NCBI GenBank assembly: GCA_035221665.1
Contig: CM069157.1
Coordinates: 25,358,001 to 25,422,000 of the forward strand
From: Okamejei kenojei
Lineage: Eukaryota
Reading direction: 5' to 3'
Length of the DNA stretch: 64,000 nucleotides
The position numbers and the translations under genes are program-made. How positions within the stretch are numbered: position 1 is the stretch's first letter; every line of letters starts with the position of its first letter. The notes beneath the pieces are model-generated. The model was not told the origin of the DNA and did no database searches. It saw nothing but the letters and a program-made list of their open reading frames with translations. Of this stretch, positions 48,100 to 61,479 are shown piece after piece.

Positions 48100-48800
48100 A
48101 GGTGCAGGATGTCTCGAGTCCTAGCTTTGTGGCTGTCTTCAGAAGAGGGAGGGAGGGTGGCATCGGTGATGAGTGTGAAATATTTGATAAAGTGTAAAAG
48201 AGGAATTATTAAAGAGCTTAACATAGAGGTGGATAAATTGCTAAGTATGGATGAATTTTTCATTTTCAATCCTCTTTGCTACAACATGAGGAAGGGATAA
48301 AAAAGGCTAATTAGTTTAACTTAGTCCCATGCAAATTATTGGAACCTATAATAAGAGAAAGTAAAGCCTGCATGTGGAAATGGGCCGATTCAGGAAGGAT
48401 TTGTTTAAGGAAGTATGGAGCTGCCTCCTTCTCTGTTCAGCATGTTGTAGGAAGGCACAAGAGAGGATACAAAGGAATTATGAGAATGTTGCCATAATGG
48501 GAAGATCTCAGCCAGAATGAAGGACGGAATAGGGTGGGCGTTTTTGAATTAGTGGAGCTGGGAGAGGCTTAGAATTAGGAAAGACTCAATTGGGTAGGTT
48601 ATCTGGAACTTGCTGCCTGAAGGAAGTTGAGGGCCAGAGTCCTCATCATATTAGACAGAAATGGATGTGTACTGGAGAAGCCATCTTGTGCAGGGCTACT
48701 GATCCAATGTGGGAAGTTGGGAATAGGCTGAGGATGTTTAATTGATCTATGTAGACATGCGGCTGAATGGCCCGCTTATGCACTGTAAAGATTGATTGAT
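48100..48800 (+). mobile_element. Old CR1 fragments
   Basis: Decayed ORF2 pieces; tail GGCTGAATGGCCCGCTTATGCACTGTAA. Confidence 0.5.
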
Positions 48801-49579
48801 TCTACAACTAATGTCATTGAAACTAACTTTTTGCTTCCTCTATATTTTGGGGGTGGTATGATGCCCCCGCACTAAACCACAAAGTTACTTGATCTCCCAC
48901 ACAAGCAGATACACACATACATTCATGGTCGACAGACTCTAGATGTTGGGCAGCTTTAAAGTCGCTTCCTCTGCTTTTTGCTGCAGATGTATTTCAGACC
49001 TTGCTAATTCCATCTACTGTCCATTCCAAAGTTATTATTCTACAAGATTACATATCTGGGCAAAGGCAATGTGCAAGATGGAAAATTCCCCAAGGAAATG
49101 TCAGCAGAGCTGCTTGTGGCTATAACAGGAGCAGATAATAACGAGTCCTGAAATCAATATTAAATGGACTAAATTCCAAGTTACTTTATAAAAAGGGAGA
49201 TCTCCGGCCTCATTGACCATGGCTTTAATGCCATTTCTGGAGAAGCAAATCTCTGATCACCTCCAGCTCCCTGTCCATGTTGGGTGACTGAGGATGGGAA
49301 CATACTCTGAGAGCTGCCCCTCTGACCTCGAGTCTGGCCACAGACATCAGACACACTCGACTTCCAATGAATTTCAAATACATTTACAAACTACTCTCAC
49401 AGACTGTGATTTTGTCCGCTTCATAAATCATCTGGACCTGATGTACAACACTCCGAAATACCATCTCGAGCCTTCTTCACTGCTATTGATTTTTTAATGT
49501 CGGCTACCTCAGAATTGTCTCCCTAACACAGAATGTCCTTAGCAATTCTAACCCCGGGGCAGAGAATGATGACAATTTT

Positions 49580-50203
49580 CCGGTTTGTTTTATGGAGGGG
49601 GATGGGGTCGGGGGAAACTTTTTTTCAGTTTCTTACCTTGCCAGAGATGAGATTAATTTTCAGGCCGCATCTCCGGTCGCTCTACGGCCTACCATCGATG
49701 GAGCTGGAGGCCTCCTCGGACTAACTTGAGCCCCACCGTGGGGGCGTGGACTTAACATTGGAGCTGATCCCTTGCATGTGATTGCTCCAACCGCGGCCTG
49801 CGGACTTACCTTCAAGTGCTCGCAGTCTTGGGGGAGAGCGTCGGGAAGCTCCAATGACGCAGAGGCTCGACCAGCCCCAAGCTGGCGTGGTGGAGCTGAC
49901 ATCCCCCCGATGCAGGAGCTGATCGCCCCGTTGCCGAGGGCCCAAACGGCACCGGCTGTGGGAGTCAAGATCGTCAGTCAATGGAGGGCTCCAGGCCCCC
50001 GACCGCGGGAGAGCATAGAAGGGAAGGACTTTTTTTCGCCTTTCACCACAGTAAGGAATGTGGAGAAGTCACTGTGGTGGATGCTTATGTTAAAATGTAT
50101 TTTGCGTGTTCTGTTGCTTTTTATTTGCATGACTGACTTGGCAAATGAAATTCCTCGTATGTTGCAAAATATATTTGGCTAATAAAGTATTATTGTGATT
50201 GTG
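49580..50203 (+). mobile_element. Non-coding GC-rich retroposon-like repeat
   Basis: Homologous to 1-465 (minus); ends AATAAAGTATTATTGTGATTGTG. Confidence 0.65.
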
Positions 50204-50383
50204 GTTCTGGATACTTTCAAGAGAGAGCTAGATAGGGCTCTTAAAGATAGCGGAGTCAGGGGATATGGGGAGTAGGCAGGAACGGGGTACTGATTGGGGA
50301 TGATCAGCCATGATCACATTGAATGGTGGTGCTGGCTCGAAGGGCCGAATGGCCTACTCCTGCACCCATTGTCTATTGTCTAT
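50203..50383 (+). mobile_element. CR1 3' tail
   Basis: Near-identical to 7468-7650. Confidence 0.9.
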
Positions 50384-51187
50384 AACAAGTATGAAAACTG
50401 AGAACATTTATTTACTGGGGATTGTAAGGATGTGAAGCAGTTGTGCGTATAAATAATAGAACCTGCACATAGGTCTCCCATAGACAGTGGACCTCAGCAT
50501 TCAGCTTTGAAGATCTTTTTCTACTTGATTGGATTGACTTTCCTCAAAGCATTTTATTCTACTGATTCAGTAGCTGGAGATATAACCCCTCTACCCACCC
50601 CTCACCAAGGCAGCTGACTCAAGCCAACATTACCATTGGTCAACCAACAGACAATCACTCCAGCTCCAGCACATATCTTGCATGATGATACATGGAGAAA
50701 ATAATTTTCACTTGCACTCAAACCTCACCTTGCGTTCTTCTTGTCAGTCCATGCACCCTTCATAACAGAAGATGAGTGCTGCATGTAAGTATTACAGACT
50801 GGGATACTAAGTATGGATGAAACTAACTCAATTTCTGGAAGATTGGCATTCTGTCCTTTCCTATTGAGCCCAGAGTCACCCGTGGTCCATCACTATTTCC
50901 ATAATATGATGATTTCCCACCCAGTACATTGCAGAGCTCATCCCAGTACATAGCACGTGTGCTCACCTAGCCCTAACCCCAAACCTGCTACCTTAGATCA
51001 ATAGCCAACTCTCTTGCCTTTCTGATGAAAGAGCATGGATGGAGAACTGGCTAACTGGCAGTAGGGATGAAGCAGCCATTTTAAGTTCGATAATCTATGG
51101 CCAGTAATGTATCGCACACATTAGCAGGGCATGAAAGACTGAAAGCTATCAGTCTAGTCCAACAGGAAACAGACAAGTATAATGGGA

Positions 51188-51690
51188 TGTGTAGGATGGA
51201 ACTGCAGATGCTGGTTTATACCAAAGATTGACACAGAATGCTGAAGAAACTCAGGGGGTCAAGCAGCATTTCCAGAGTAAAGAAATTGGTAATGTTTAGG
51301 TTCAGAACCCTTCTTCAGACTGATCAGCCTTTTCTCCAAAGAAGGCTAATAGAATGTTGGCCTTTATTTCAAGATGGTTGGAGTACAAAAGTAGGGAAGT
51401 CTTCCTGTAAATGGAAATGGCATTAACTGGTAAAACCGCACCAGAGTGTTGTGAATAATGTTGATGAAACTATAAAAGGGAAATTTCATGAGGGATGGTT
51501 TCAGAGAAGGTTCACTTGGACTGTCCTGGAGAAGAAAAGTTTAAACAGCTTGGAAGTCTACTCTTTGGAGTTAGGAGAATGAATGGCAGGGAAGTTGATT
51601 TGTGGAGTTTCAGAAAATCTGTAATCCCATTGAATGGTGGGTCAGGCTGAAGGGATGAATGGCCTACTCTTGCTCCAAATGCATATGGCA
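51188..51690. mobile_element. Penelope pLTR (minus, 51188-51325) followed by old CR1 (plus)
   Basis: GAACTGCAGATGCTGG..CCCTTCTTCAGACTGA; CR1 tail GGCTGAAGGGATGAATGGCCTACT. Confidence 0.65.
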
Positions 51691-52284
51691 TATAAAGCTG
51701 AATCACCTGGAATTGTCCAATTGCTTCCAGTCAGGTCTGATCCTGCAGTGATCACAAACTGGCTGCTAACCCAGTTAAGTTTATTGCCCACATATATTGT
51801 AAGAGGTGGTAAATGTTCAATAATTTTAAATTGTATTTCAGCCAGTTTGTTAAAAGTTTGGTAGGAAGCGAGCCAACCAGCGGGACCTTCCATCTATGGT
51901 GCATACGTGGCCGGGTTGGTGGAGAGGATGGGAGAACGTGGCCAAGCACCTACTCAGAACTGGGGATACAAAGAACTACAGATGCTGGTTTACAAGAACT
52001 GTTCAAAACGGAGATCTGGGAATCATAAGAAAGTTGGCAGCACTGTAAGTGAGTCTAATGGTAGATCAACATCCACTTGACACAGTGACATTAAGTTTGA
52101 CACACGATCACTGTCCCTATGGCAAGAACAGGTGAATAAGTGTCCCAAAATAAATCCCAATGTAAAAACCTAACCCAAGGATGGGCCCTGAGAGGGAGAA
52201 ACGGCAGTGAGGCAGAATGAATTGAGCCTCAGATGCCTGTTCATAGCATATATGATGGCTTCCATCCGATGTTTCCGCAGACAA

Positions 52285-52836
52285 TGATAACCCCCACTAG
52301 TCAGCATGAACCCCACCCTCCATATTCAGTAAGAACCTCCCCCCCCCCCCCCCCCACATTCAGTGTTTACTCCCCCGCACCCCCTACAGTTAGCCCCACC
52401 CTCCACAGTCAGTAATAATTCCCCACAGGCCGTAATAACCCCCCACAGACAGTAATAACACTCCCCCCCATGGTCAGTATTAACACCCCACAATCAATAA
52501 TAATCCCCCACAGTTAGTAATTATACCCCCCATGGTCAGTAATAATCCCCCCAATCAGTGATACCCCCCCCCATGGTCAGTAATAATCCCCCCCGTGATA
52601 ACCCCACACTCCACAGACAGTGGTAACCCCCCCACCCCCTCCACATACAGTGTAAATTCCCCCCAACCCCACGATCAATGATGACTCCAAACCTCCTCCA
52701 CTGTGTGTCTCTGTATGTTTGACTGTGGTGTGTGTCTGTGTGTGTATCTGTGGGTATGTATCTGTGTGTGGGAGAATGTGTCTGTGTGTGTCTGTGGGTG
52801 TGTGTGTATGTCTGTGTGAGTGTGCGCGTGCGTGCA
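52285..52836. repeat. Degenerate C-rich minisatellite (CAGTAATAATCCCCCCA-like) followed by a TG-rich microsatellite
   Basis: Directly visible. Confidence 0.8.
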
Positions 52837-53039
52837 TAAAGCTGTGGTGGCTCCAGAATATGACTTTTTTCCTTTTGCTCTCCTTGAATGTTTAAAGCAC
52901 ATGGATAAAACACATTCCAAGGGAATTTGGTCTAAGTGCTTGGTCTTGGTCCAAAATCAAAGGAGCATAACAAAGATCTCATGAATTAGAAGTGCACATT
53001 TTGCTGTAATGTAATTATGTAGAATGAGGACTAAACACA

Positions 53040-56000
53040 GTACTCCAGCAGTGGGCATTTTGTTCATAGTTTGTGATCTCACTGCCTCAGCTAAGACTCT
53101 GGGTATCCTTTAGGCTTCTCTGTGTGCCATCCTGGTCACTTAGAAATCAACAGGCAAGCTTCCAACATCCTGCTAGTCCTCAGCAACATGTCATTTATTA
53201 TGAGTTATCTTGTCTTGTTTGCCCTTCCCATTAACAAAACCTCACACTTACCCAAAGTGAAATCCATCTGCCACATGTTTGCCCATCCACTGTCAGTCCA
53301 CCAGTCGATCCTGCAGCCCATCGTTTTCTTATTCACTTCAACCACATTGCCAATTTGTAATAATTTGCAACATTCTTTGGCATGCCTCCTGCTTTTAACT
53401 CTAAATTAATCACATATACTACAAATAAATGGACCTGGAACTGGTCCTTGCCGAAGACCATCCACATCCACTTAGGAAGACTATTTGCCTTGATTTTCTG
53501 CGGTGTGACTTTCAATGGGCTTTTATTTTTATGATTAATCTGTCATATAGAATTTACTTAAGCAACTTATTAAAATCCATGGAGACTATATCAAATGTAC
53601 CATCCGCATTGACCTCCTTGTTATCTTTCCAAAAAATTCAATCAATTTAATCAGAAACAGACCCTCCATTAAAAATGCATGCAGATTGTCCTTGATTAAG
53701 CTTTGACTTTCTAAATAGTGATTTATACTGTCTCTTAGAGGTTTTTATTCTATATTTCCTCTGCCCGTAGACAGAAATGCTGGAGAAACTCAGCGGGTGA
53801 GGTAGCATCTATGGAGCGAAGGAATGGGTGACGTTTCGGGTCGAGACCCTTCTATCTGCCACCTTTCCTCTGCCCATGGTAGGTTTGTTGTTCTGTAATT
53901 AGGCTGTGCCTGTCTCTCTTTACAACCAACAGTTCCATATTTTATTGGATTTCTGTTCTGAAGCTTTATTTTTACCCTGATTTGCTGCTGGTGTGCACAC
54001 AACATAACAATATAAATACATCAGAAAAAGGAGCAGCAGTGGTCTTACACATTCCACCTAGCTTTCTGAAATCTGAAAAAGGGTCCCGACCTGAAACGTC
54101 ACCTATCTATGTTCTCCAGAGATGCTGCCTGAACTGCTGAGTTACTCCAGCATTTGTATCCTATCCTGAAATTATTCCGCCTGGGATACATTCAGAGAGT
54201 TATAGAGCCACAGAATTGTACAACACATACACTATTAGTACAAATCCCACTTGCCTGCAATAATTCCACTTTCCTTTGTGCCCTGACCATTCTGGTGCCT
54301 CTCAAATGTTGCCACTGTTCCAGCCGCCAAGACTTCTCTGTCAACTCATTCACATCCTTTTTTGTGAGAAAATTACCCCTCAGATGCCTGTTGAACTTCC
54401 TCCCTCTTGCCTTGGTCAGTCTCACCTGAAGTACGGCATGCATGTTCTGCTCACCACACTGCTGGAAGGGTGTGATAACACTGGACTGGGTACAGAAGAG
54501 ATTCACCATGGTGTTGCCTGTTAGGAGTGGTTCAGTGATGTGGTGACACAGGTGAGGCTGGGTCTATTCTCCTTGGAGCAGAAGAGGTTGGGGGGTACAT
54601 GACTAGAGCATATAAGATAGATTGCAGGAAACTGGGGGAACCTTTTTCATACAGAGAGTGTGAGTACCTGGAAAACACTGCTGGGGAGAGTGGAAGTAGC
54701 AGTGTCACTGACAGGATTGAAGAAGATTTTCAATAAGACCTTGAACCACTAGGAATGGAAGACCAAGTGCTGGAAGATGGGATTAATACACACGGATCTC
54801 TGCTGGATGGCATTGATGTGATGGGGCCCAATGGCCCATTTCCATGCTGTGTCATTCCATGATGCTTCTTGCATCTCATTCCAAACAACGACCACCCTCT
54901 GTGTAAAGCACATGCCCTCATATCTGCATTAAATGTATCTCCTTAAACTTATTTCCACTAGTTTGACTCTATCCTGGGAGAAAACATCAACTATCTACCC
55001 TATGTTTGTCCTGCTTCTGTTTATAAACCTCCTTCGGATCACCCCTCAGCCTTTTGCACACCAGTGAGAACATTCTTGCTAATCTATACAATCTCTCCTT
55101 GCAAACATAGCATAGAGCAGCACAGGAACAGGCCCTTCATCCATAATGTCTGCGCCATATATAACATATAACCATATAACAATTACAGCATGGAAACAAT
55201 GTCTGATACCAAATAAAACTAATCTTCTCTGCCTGCATATGCATGTGTCTATCTAAAATCCTCTTAAATGTCACTATCGTATCTGCCTCTACTACCAGCC
55301 CTGGTTGCATATGATCTACATCTCTCCATTCCCTGCATATACATGTGTCTTGCATAAATTTATATAATTCTAACGGTCTTTCCTGAACCTCTGAAACTTT
55401 AAAATAAACAATCCAAGATTGTCTCACATCCCGTTATAGCCAATATCCATTAATCCAGGCAGCATTCTGGTAAACCTCTTCTGCTACCTCACCAAAGCCA
55501 CCATATTGTTATTTTAATGGGGAAACCAGAACTGAACGTAGTATTCCAAATCCAGTGGAAGTTTTACAAAGCTGCAACATGACTTCCTAATTTTATAAAC
55601 AATGTCCCGACTGATAAAGGCAAACATAGCGTGTGTTTTTTTACCACTGCATTTACCTGTTTTGCCACTTTTGGGGACCTATGAAGAACTATAAGAGCAC
55701 TCAATTCCTGGAAACATTCTGGTGAATGTCTTCAACACTCTTTCTAGTGTTACTACATCCTTCTTGTACTGTGGTGACCAGAACTGTGCACAATGCTGAA
55801 CATATAGCAGAAGCATGAATGGAGAGACGGATGAGCCATGTTTTTGAAAGTGACAGTGCATCTTGAGAAGTGCCCTTAAAAATAAAAATCATCTGACTCT
55901 CCAAATTAAATGTTATTCAAAAGCAAGGACATTATACCAAACTTTTATTAAAATAGCAGCATTGTCACTAATTCGAGGCACCAGAATTCATTATGATAAA

Positions 56001-56310
56001 GAGCTTTAAAAGTCTGCTGAAGTCAAATGGTACTAAAGATGAAAGAAGTCAGCTGAATAGAAAGGTTAGATGAAATTGATATTCTCTCCTTGGAGCAGAA
56101 AAGGTTAAGGGAAGACTTGAAAATTGTGAAGATTTTGATAGAACAAATAAGCTGAAACAGATTCCAGTGACAGATGGGTCAATAAACAGAGAAACGAGAT
56201 TTAAAATAGCTGGCAAAAGAGAGCTTAGGCAATACGGATAAGAAACGGTTTAAGCCACGAGTTATCTGAAATGCCTTTCCTGAATCGGTGGAAAAAGCAG
56301 ACTGAATGCT
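53040..56310. mobile_element. Cluster of old CR1 fragments in both orientations, with Penelope pLTR pieces (53767-53852 minus, 54070-54165 plus)
   Basis: QHCAQFWSPQYKKDV..LERV, RGNFLT, CR1 tails; CTGAAAAAGGGTCCCGACCTGAAACGTC. Confidence 0.65.
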
Positions 56311-57163
56311 GAACATTATTCCATCCAGGGCCCCTACTAGAAATCACCATGGGCCATCCATATCCTCACTTCTCCAGGGCCCTCAGATTGGCCTGAACTG
56401 CCCATGTTTGAATGGTGACAGCCATCAAGGCTGGTTTAGGTCATGCCCGTCCATGTTCTCCAGCGATGCTGCCTGACTCGCTGAGTTACTCCAGCACTTT
56501 GTGTTCTCAGCAAGATTCCAGTGCCTGCACAATTCTGTGTGTCTACTGGATCAGGTCTAAGCTGTGCAAGTACCAGGCTCTGCTTCTTACTGCAAAGGTG
56601 GGACATCCCCACAGGACTGAACCCTACCATTGGATTCCATGGGTCTTCACAATCGGTATGTCCTGGACCTCACCAGTTTATAGAATGTCCTTAGAAATCC
56701 TCAACTTCAATCCCAATGGTTGAACACTGGTGTTTTCAATTGGAACTGGATGAAAAAGATGGCACGATCGGGCCTTATAAATTTCAAAAGGGTGTGGTAA
56801 ATATTTGAAAGAATACGTTTCCTGGGCAACAGTGGGGGAGATGGTCAACAGGAAGCTTCCTTTGAGGAATTCGCAGAGCTGACAGATGAAACAACAAGGA
56901 CAAACGCATGTTGGAATGCCGCATTGTTAGCTGTAATCTAATAAGGCCGCCTCCAAGAAACGTCAATTAGATATACATCAAACTGTACATTATTTTGTTA
57001 AAATAGCCCTCATGACATACTAATGTTTTAATTGTGGCCGTCAGTCGGGGAGGATTATTTTGTTGAATCTTCTTTTACTCTTTGGTATTTTAAATACGTT
57101 CTTTTTAAGATTAAAATAAAAAGAATGAAAGAGGAACAAAAACATATTAATAAAAATAAAAGG

Positions 57164-57274
57164 TAGACAATAATTCTGGAGAAACCCAGCAGGTTCGGGT
57201 CGAGACCCTTCTTCAGACCTTTCTCCAGCATTTTTGTCTACCTTCGATTTTCCAGCATCTGCAGTTCCTTCTTA
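57164..57274. mobile_element. Penelope pLTR mini-element (inverted halves) with 15-bp TSD
   Basis: AATAAAAATAAAAGG at 57149-57163 and 57275-57289. Confidence 0.8.
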
Positions 57275-57289
57275 AATAAAAATAAAAGG

Positions 57290-57383
57290 ATTTGTTCTAC
57301 AAAATTTGGATTCATTCAAAAGGCCACACTTAATGGCCTAGAAGGCCGCATGCGGCCTTAAGGCCACAGGTTCCCCACCCTTG
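57290..57383. mobile_element. hAT-like MITE end
   Basis: Reverse complement CAAGGGTGGGGAACCTGTGGCC resembles Charlie-type TIRs; other end not found. Confidence 0.5.
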
Positions 57384-57673
57384 GACTAATATATCCAAAC
57401 ATTTGCTGATAATGTAAGGCTAGGGGGAAAGTCTGCCGTGAGAGGGATACCAGAATCAGCAAGTACATATAAATAAGTTGCACGGGCCAAAAAAGAAGGT
57501 AATAACTGGATGTACCACTGGAAAATGTAAGGTAATGGTCCAAAGATCAGAAAAGAAAACACTTTTTAAATGATTTGAAGCTATTGATATTGGTTTTCGA
57601 TTTGAGGTCCATTCGAAAACAGTACGCTTCATGAGCTCCACAATGTTATTATGCAAGGACAGCAAACAAATAT

Positions 57674-57985
57674 GGGCGGCACAGTGTTGCAGAGAGTAGA
57701 ACTGCTGTATCACGGCACGAAAAACCCGGGTTCGATCCTGGTCTCAGATGCTGTCTGTGAGGAGTTTGCACATTCTCCTTGTATCCACATGGTGTTCTCC
57801 GGGCGCTCCGGTTTCTACCCAAGGATGTACGGAATTTCAGGGTAATTGGCCTTTGTAAATTGCCGCCAACGTGTCGGGAATGGATGAGAAAATGGGATAG
57901 AATTATTGTGAACGGGTGATGTATGTTCAATGTGGACTCAGTGTGTTGAAGGGCCTGATTACAAGCTGTATCATTCAATCAAATA
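57674..57985 (+). mobile_element. Full tRNA-derived SINE (HE1-like) with CR1-like tail
   Basis: GGGCGGCACAGTG head, B-box GGTTCGATCC, body GAGTTTGCACATTCTCC, tail GAAGGGCCTG..GCTGTATC. Confidence 0.85.
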
Positions 57986-58019
57986 GAAAGATAAACAGGG
58001 ATTTGGTCTTTATTGTAAA

Positions 58020-59329
58020 CTAGACCAAATGCAGACCCGTTGGGTCTGCTTCCCAATGCAAGATTCCACCACTCACCAGTTCCAACGCAAGCCGTTCTCC
58101 TAATGCAATATTGCACCACTCACGCATAGCCCCCAACTGGGCAGATGTGGCTCATTTCTTCACATCCCCCAGCACTCCCTCCCCTTCACCCTCCCTCTTC
58201 TATCCCTAGAGAGGGAGGGGTACAGAGGGAGGGGTGGTAAAGAGGGGGGGTAGAGAGGGAGGGGTGGTAGAGAGGGAGGGGGGAGGTAGAGAGGGAGAGA
58301 GGGACGGGATAGAGAGAGAGGTGGATAGAGAGGGATGGAGGTAGAGAGGGAGGGGGAAGAGAGGGAGCGGAGTAGAGAGGGAGGGGGTGGAGAATAAGGG
58401 GGAAGAGAGGGAGGGGAGTAGAGAAGGAAAGGGAGGGGGAGGGAGGTAGAGAGGGAGGGGAGGGGTAGAGGGGGAGGGGAGTAGAGAGGGAGTGTAGAGA
58501 GGGGGGAGGGGTAGAGAAAGAGAGGGGCAGAGAGGGAAAGGGGAAGAGAGAGAGGGAGGGGTAGAGAGAGAGGGAGGGGGGTAGATTGGGGGGGAGGGTA
58601 GAGGGAGAGGAAAGGGGAGGGAGAGGGAGGGGGTTGGGAGGGTAGAAAGGAAGGGGACATATCCCTCCTCCACCTCTCCCCATCTCCCTCCTCCACACCC
58701 CCCCCCCCCCAATTTATCTCTACCACCCCACTCCCCACCCCATTTCCTTCCTCCTTATTTCCCTCATCCTCCTCCCCTCATTCCCATTCCCTGCCCCAGG
58801 ACCTACCCAGGTCGTAGAGCAGCGCCAGGGCCTGGAACACAGTCTGGTTCTCGTACTCAGGCCGGCCTTGTCTGTAGACTCCAGCCGTCAGCTCGGTCGC
58901 CGCCTGGGCTCCAGTGCACGTCCCCGACTCCATCTCTGGGCTCGTCCCTGACCCCGGACCCAGGCTCATCCTTGGTTCCAGCGGCGGCTTCCTTCTCGGC
59001 CACAGTCAAGGCCCCATCCCAAGCCCCAGGCTCGGCCCTCACTCCAGCACCACCCTCCCCACCAGGTGTCGGGCATCGGCAGCCGCCGCCACTCCTCGTT
59101 CACCGCGAGCGCTGGGGTGCCCCTCCTTCCCAGATTGTCCCGTCCTGCCTTGCGATTGCATAGTGACATCATTTGTTTTTGTTTTCCGAAATGGGTGAGT
59201 TTTCAGGCTTATTAAAAAACTTGAAAATGATTAATAACTTCGGAAATATAGGTGGGAATGCGACGGGGAGAAAAATGTGAGTAGGATGTGTGAAAATGGG
59301 AAGGCTGTGGCATAGCATTTGGAAGAAAA
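58020..59329 (-). mobile_element. Non-autonomous Helitron (3' end intact, runs into gap)
   Basis: A|CTAG followed by perfect hairpin GCAGACCC-GTT-GGGTCTGC (58031-58049). Confidence 0.8.
58207..58657 (+). repeat. Polypurine G/A-rich low-complexity tract (GGGGTAGAGAGGGA-like)
   Basis: Directly visible. Confidence 0.9.
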
Positions 59330-59468
59330 NNNNNNNNNNNNNNNNNNNNNNNNNNNNNNNNNNNNNNNNNNNNNNNNNNNNNNNNNNNNNNNNNNNNNNN
59401 NNNNNNNNNNNNNNNNNNNNNNNNNNNNNNNNNNNNNNNNNNNNNNNNNNNNNNNNNNNNNNNNNNNN
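59330..59468. other. Assembly gap
   Basis: N run. Confidence 1.
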
Positions 59469-59862
59469 TGATGAATTCGAGTGTAGAAATAAAAATGTCT
59501 TGCACATATTTCACATGGCTTTGATAACAACTAATTTGGAGAAGTGTATGTCGCATTGGTCTCTTTGTTTGCAGAAGGATGTACATGGGCAACTGAAAGT
59601 CAGCACAGCGGAGGTTCTCTAATTGGTTTCAGCGATGAGTGCGAAGTGCTATGATTAAGGGGTCAGTTGAAAAGATGGAACTAAGGAGAGATTTCTTAAC
59701 CCATCTTCGGAATCATTAAATCCTTGGGATCTTTGTAGGGCTATGAAGTTAATTCAAATTATGCTTTAATTTGCTTTATCTGCCTTAATCTAGGTCCTAT
59801 TTTTGGAGCTACAAATGTTCACCCGACCAGGCTCTAATGATGAGCTCGTGTTTCAGGGAGGC

Positions 59863-60527
59863 ACACTAAGGTCCCACACATGGTCCCCAAGGCATGTAAA
59901 ATGTCCTGAGTTTCCACATGGAGCAAGAATTGCTTGTCCGTGATTTATGAAACCCTATATACTGCATTCAGCTTTGAAGTGTGCTCAATGAATTCTCTGC
60001 CTCGGAAGGTGGTGGAGGCCGGTTCTCTGGATGCTTTCAAGAGAGAGTTAGATAGAGCTCTTAAAGATATCAGGGTCAGGGGATAAGGGGAGAAAGCAGG
60101 AACGGGGTACTGATTATGGATGATCAGCCATGATCACATTGAAAGGCGGAGCTGGCGCGAAGGGCCGAATGGCCTACTCCCTCGCTAAATTGTCTGTTGT
60201 CTATTGTCTTCCTGAAGATCCTCACATTCTCGTTCTGGTGTTGTAAATGACCACTCATTTACATCTCTGAACATCATCTGGTTACAGGATGTCAATGATC
60301 AGCAACATTCAATCCTGGAAAAACTGAAAGTATCCCAATATACTTCACACTGTTTCCCGCTGCCTTGCAAGCTTGGTGACCCTGGACAAACTCAAACAGC
60401 TGGAGACACTAAGGTCCCACACATGGTCCCTAAGGCATGTAAAGTATCCTGAGTTTCCACATGGAGCAAGAATTGCTTGACCGTGATTTATGAAACCCTA
60501 TATACTGCATTCAGCTTTGATGTGTGC
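59863..60527. repeat. 122-bp direct duplication (59863-59984, 60406-60527) enclosing a CR1 tail (59988-60209)
   Basis: Copies differ at only a few positions. Confidence 0.9.
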
Positions 60528-61479
60528 ACAAATTGTTACTCTGATTAAAATTACCCCTATTTAACATTACTGTTCCTTGTTACAGTATGTTATGTTTACA
60601 TTAGTTTAAACTTTCAATTTTACAGTTAACACAATACCACAGCACACAGATCCTGAGTAAAGATTTTCCAACTGGTGACAGAAATAAAATGCCCCCTTTC
60701 ACTTGCCTGATAATTAGTCAATGGACAGGAAGAACAATTACAAAGAACTGAAGTGCCATCAGCCCAAGAGACAGTTCTTTTGCAATTGATATGTTTCCAT
60801 TTCTTTATGTTCAATGTACCCTCCTGTGAAGGAAACAGGAAGGCTTGGGTGTCTCAGAACTCTTTTTACTGCTTTTTTAATCAGTCTCGAGGTAGTGCGA
60901 GCTGGATCTCTTATCAATTGTGTTCTCTCAGGGGACATTCCTCCTTGTCATTCCTCACCTTGATGGACTGCAATTGGGAACAGCAGAATTGAGTGTCATC
61001 TTTCAGCATGATGGCATAGCTACACATTCTGCCATAAGGCAGTGCTTTACAGAATAGATTTATGGGAATATTTCCACTACAATAGAGGAAAGCTATTTCC
61101 CAACACAAAAACACTTATGAGATGGGTTGTTCACTTTGCCAGAGGGCCAAGGTTTTCAGTAAAGCCACAAGAGCTGAGCAAATAAACATAACAGACAACA
61201 ACCTGCATTCGACACAAATACAGAGAAAAATTATTGTACTGATATCATTCTTTGAAGAAGATGGATTGACAAAAAAAAATTGGAAGCATATGGCAGGTAT
61301 GGAGAACTGAAAATGGGATTGGGCCAGTGACAGCATGGAAAATGTAGGAACATATTTAAAATAATTAAGTGAGAGTGTAAAGAGAGGGCATGAAATATTG
61401 GTGTCTGAGACAATGAAGGAAAATCACAAAGCATTACAAATATTAAGGACACGTGGCTAAAATCAGGGAGAAAGTAGCA

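Noticed and set aside
58160-58738. Pro/Leu/Ser-rich ORFs in three frames
   Set aside because: Low-complexity purine tract
59560-59660. Host exon after acceptor-like TCTTTGTTTGCAG
   Set aside because: No recognisable peptide, stops in all frames within ~90 nt, no convincing donor
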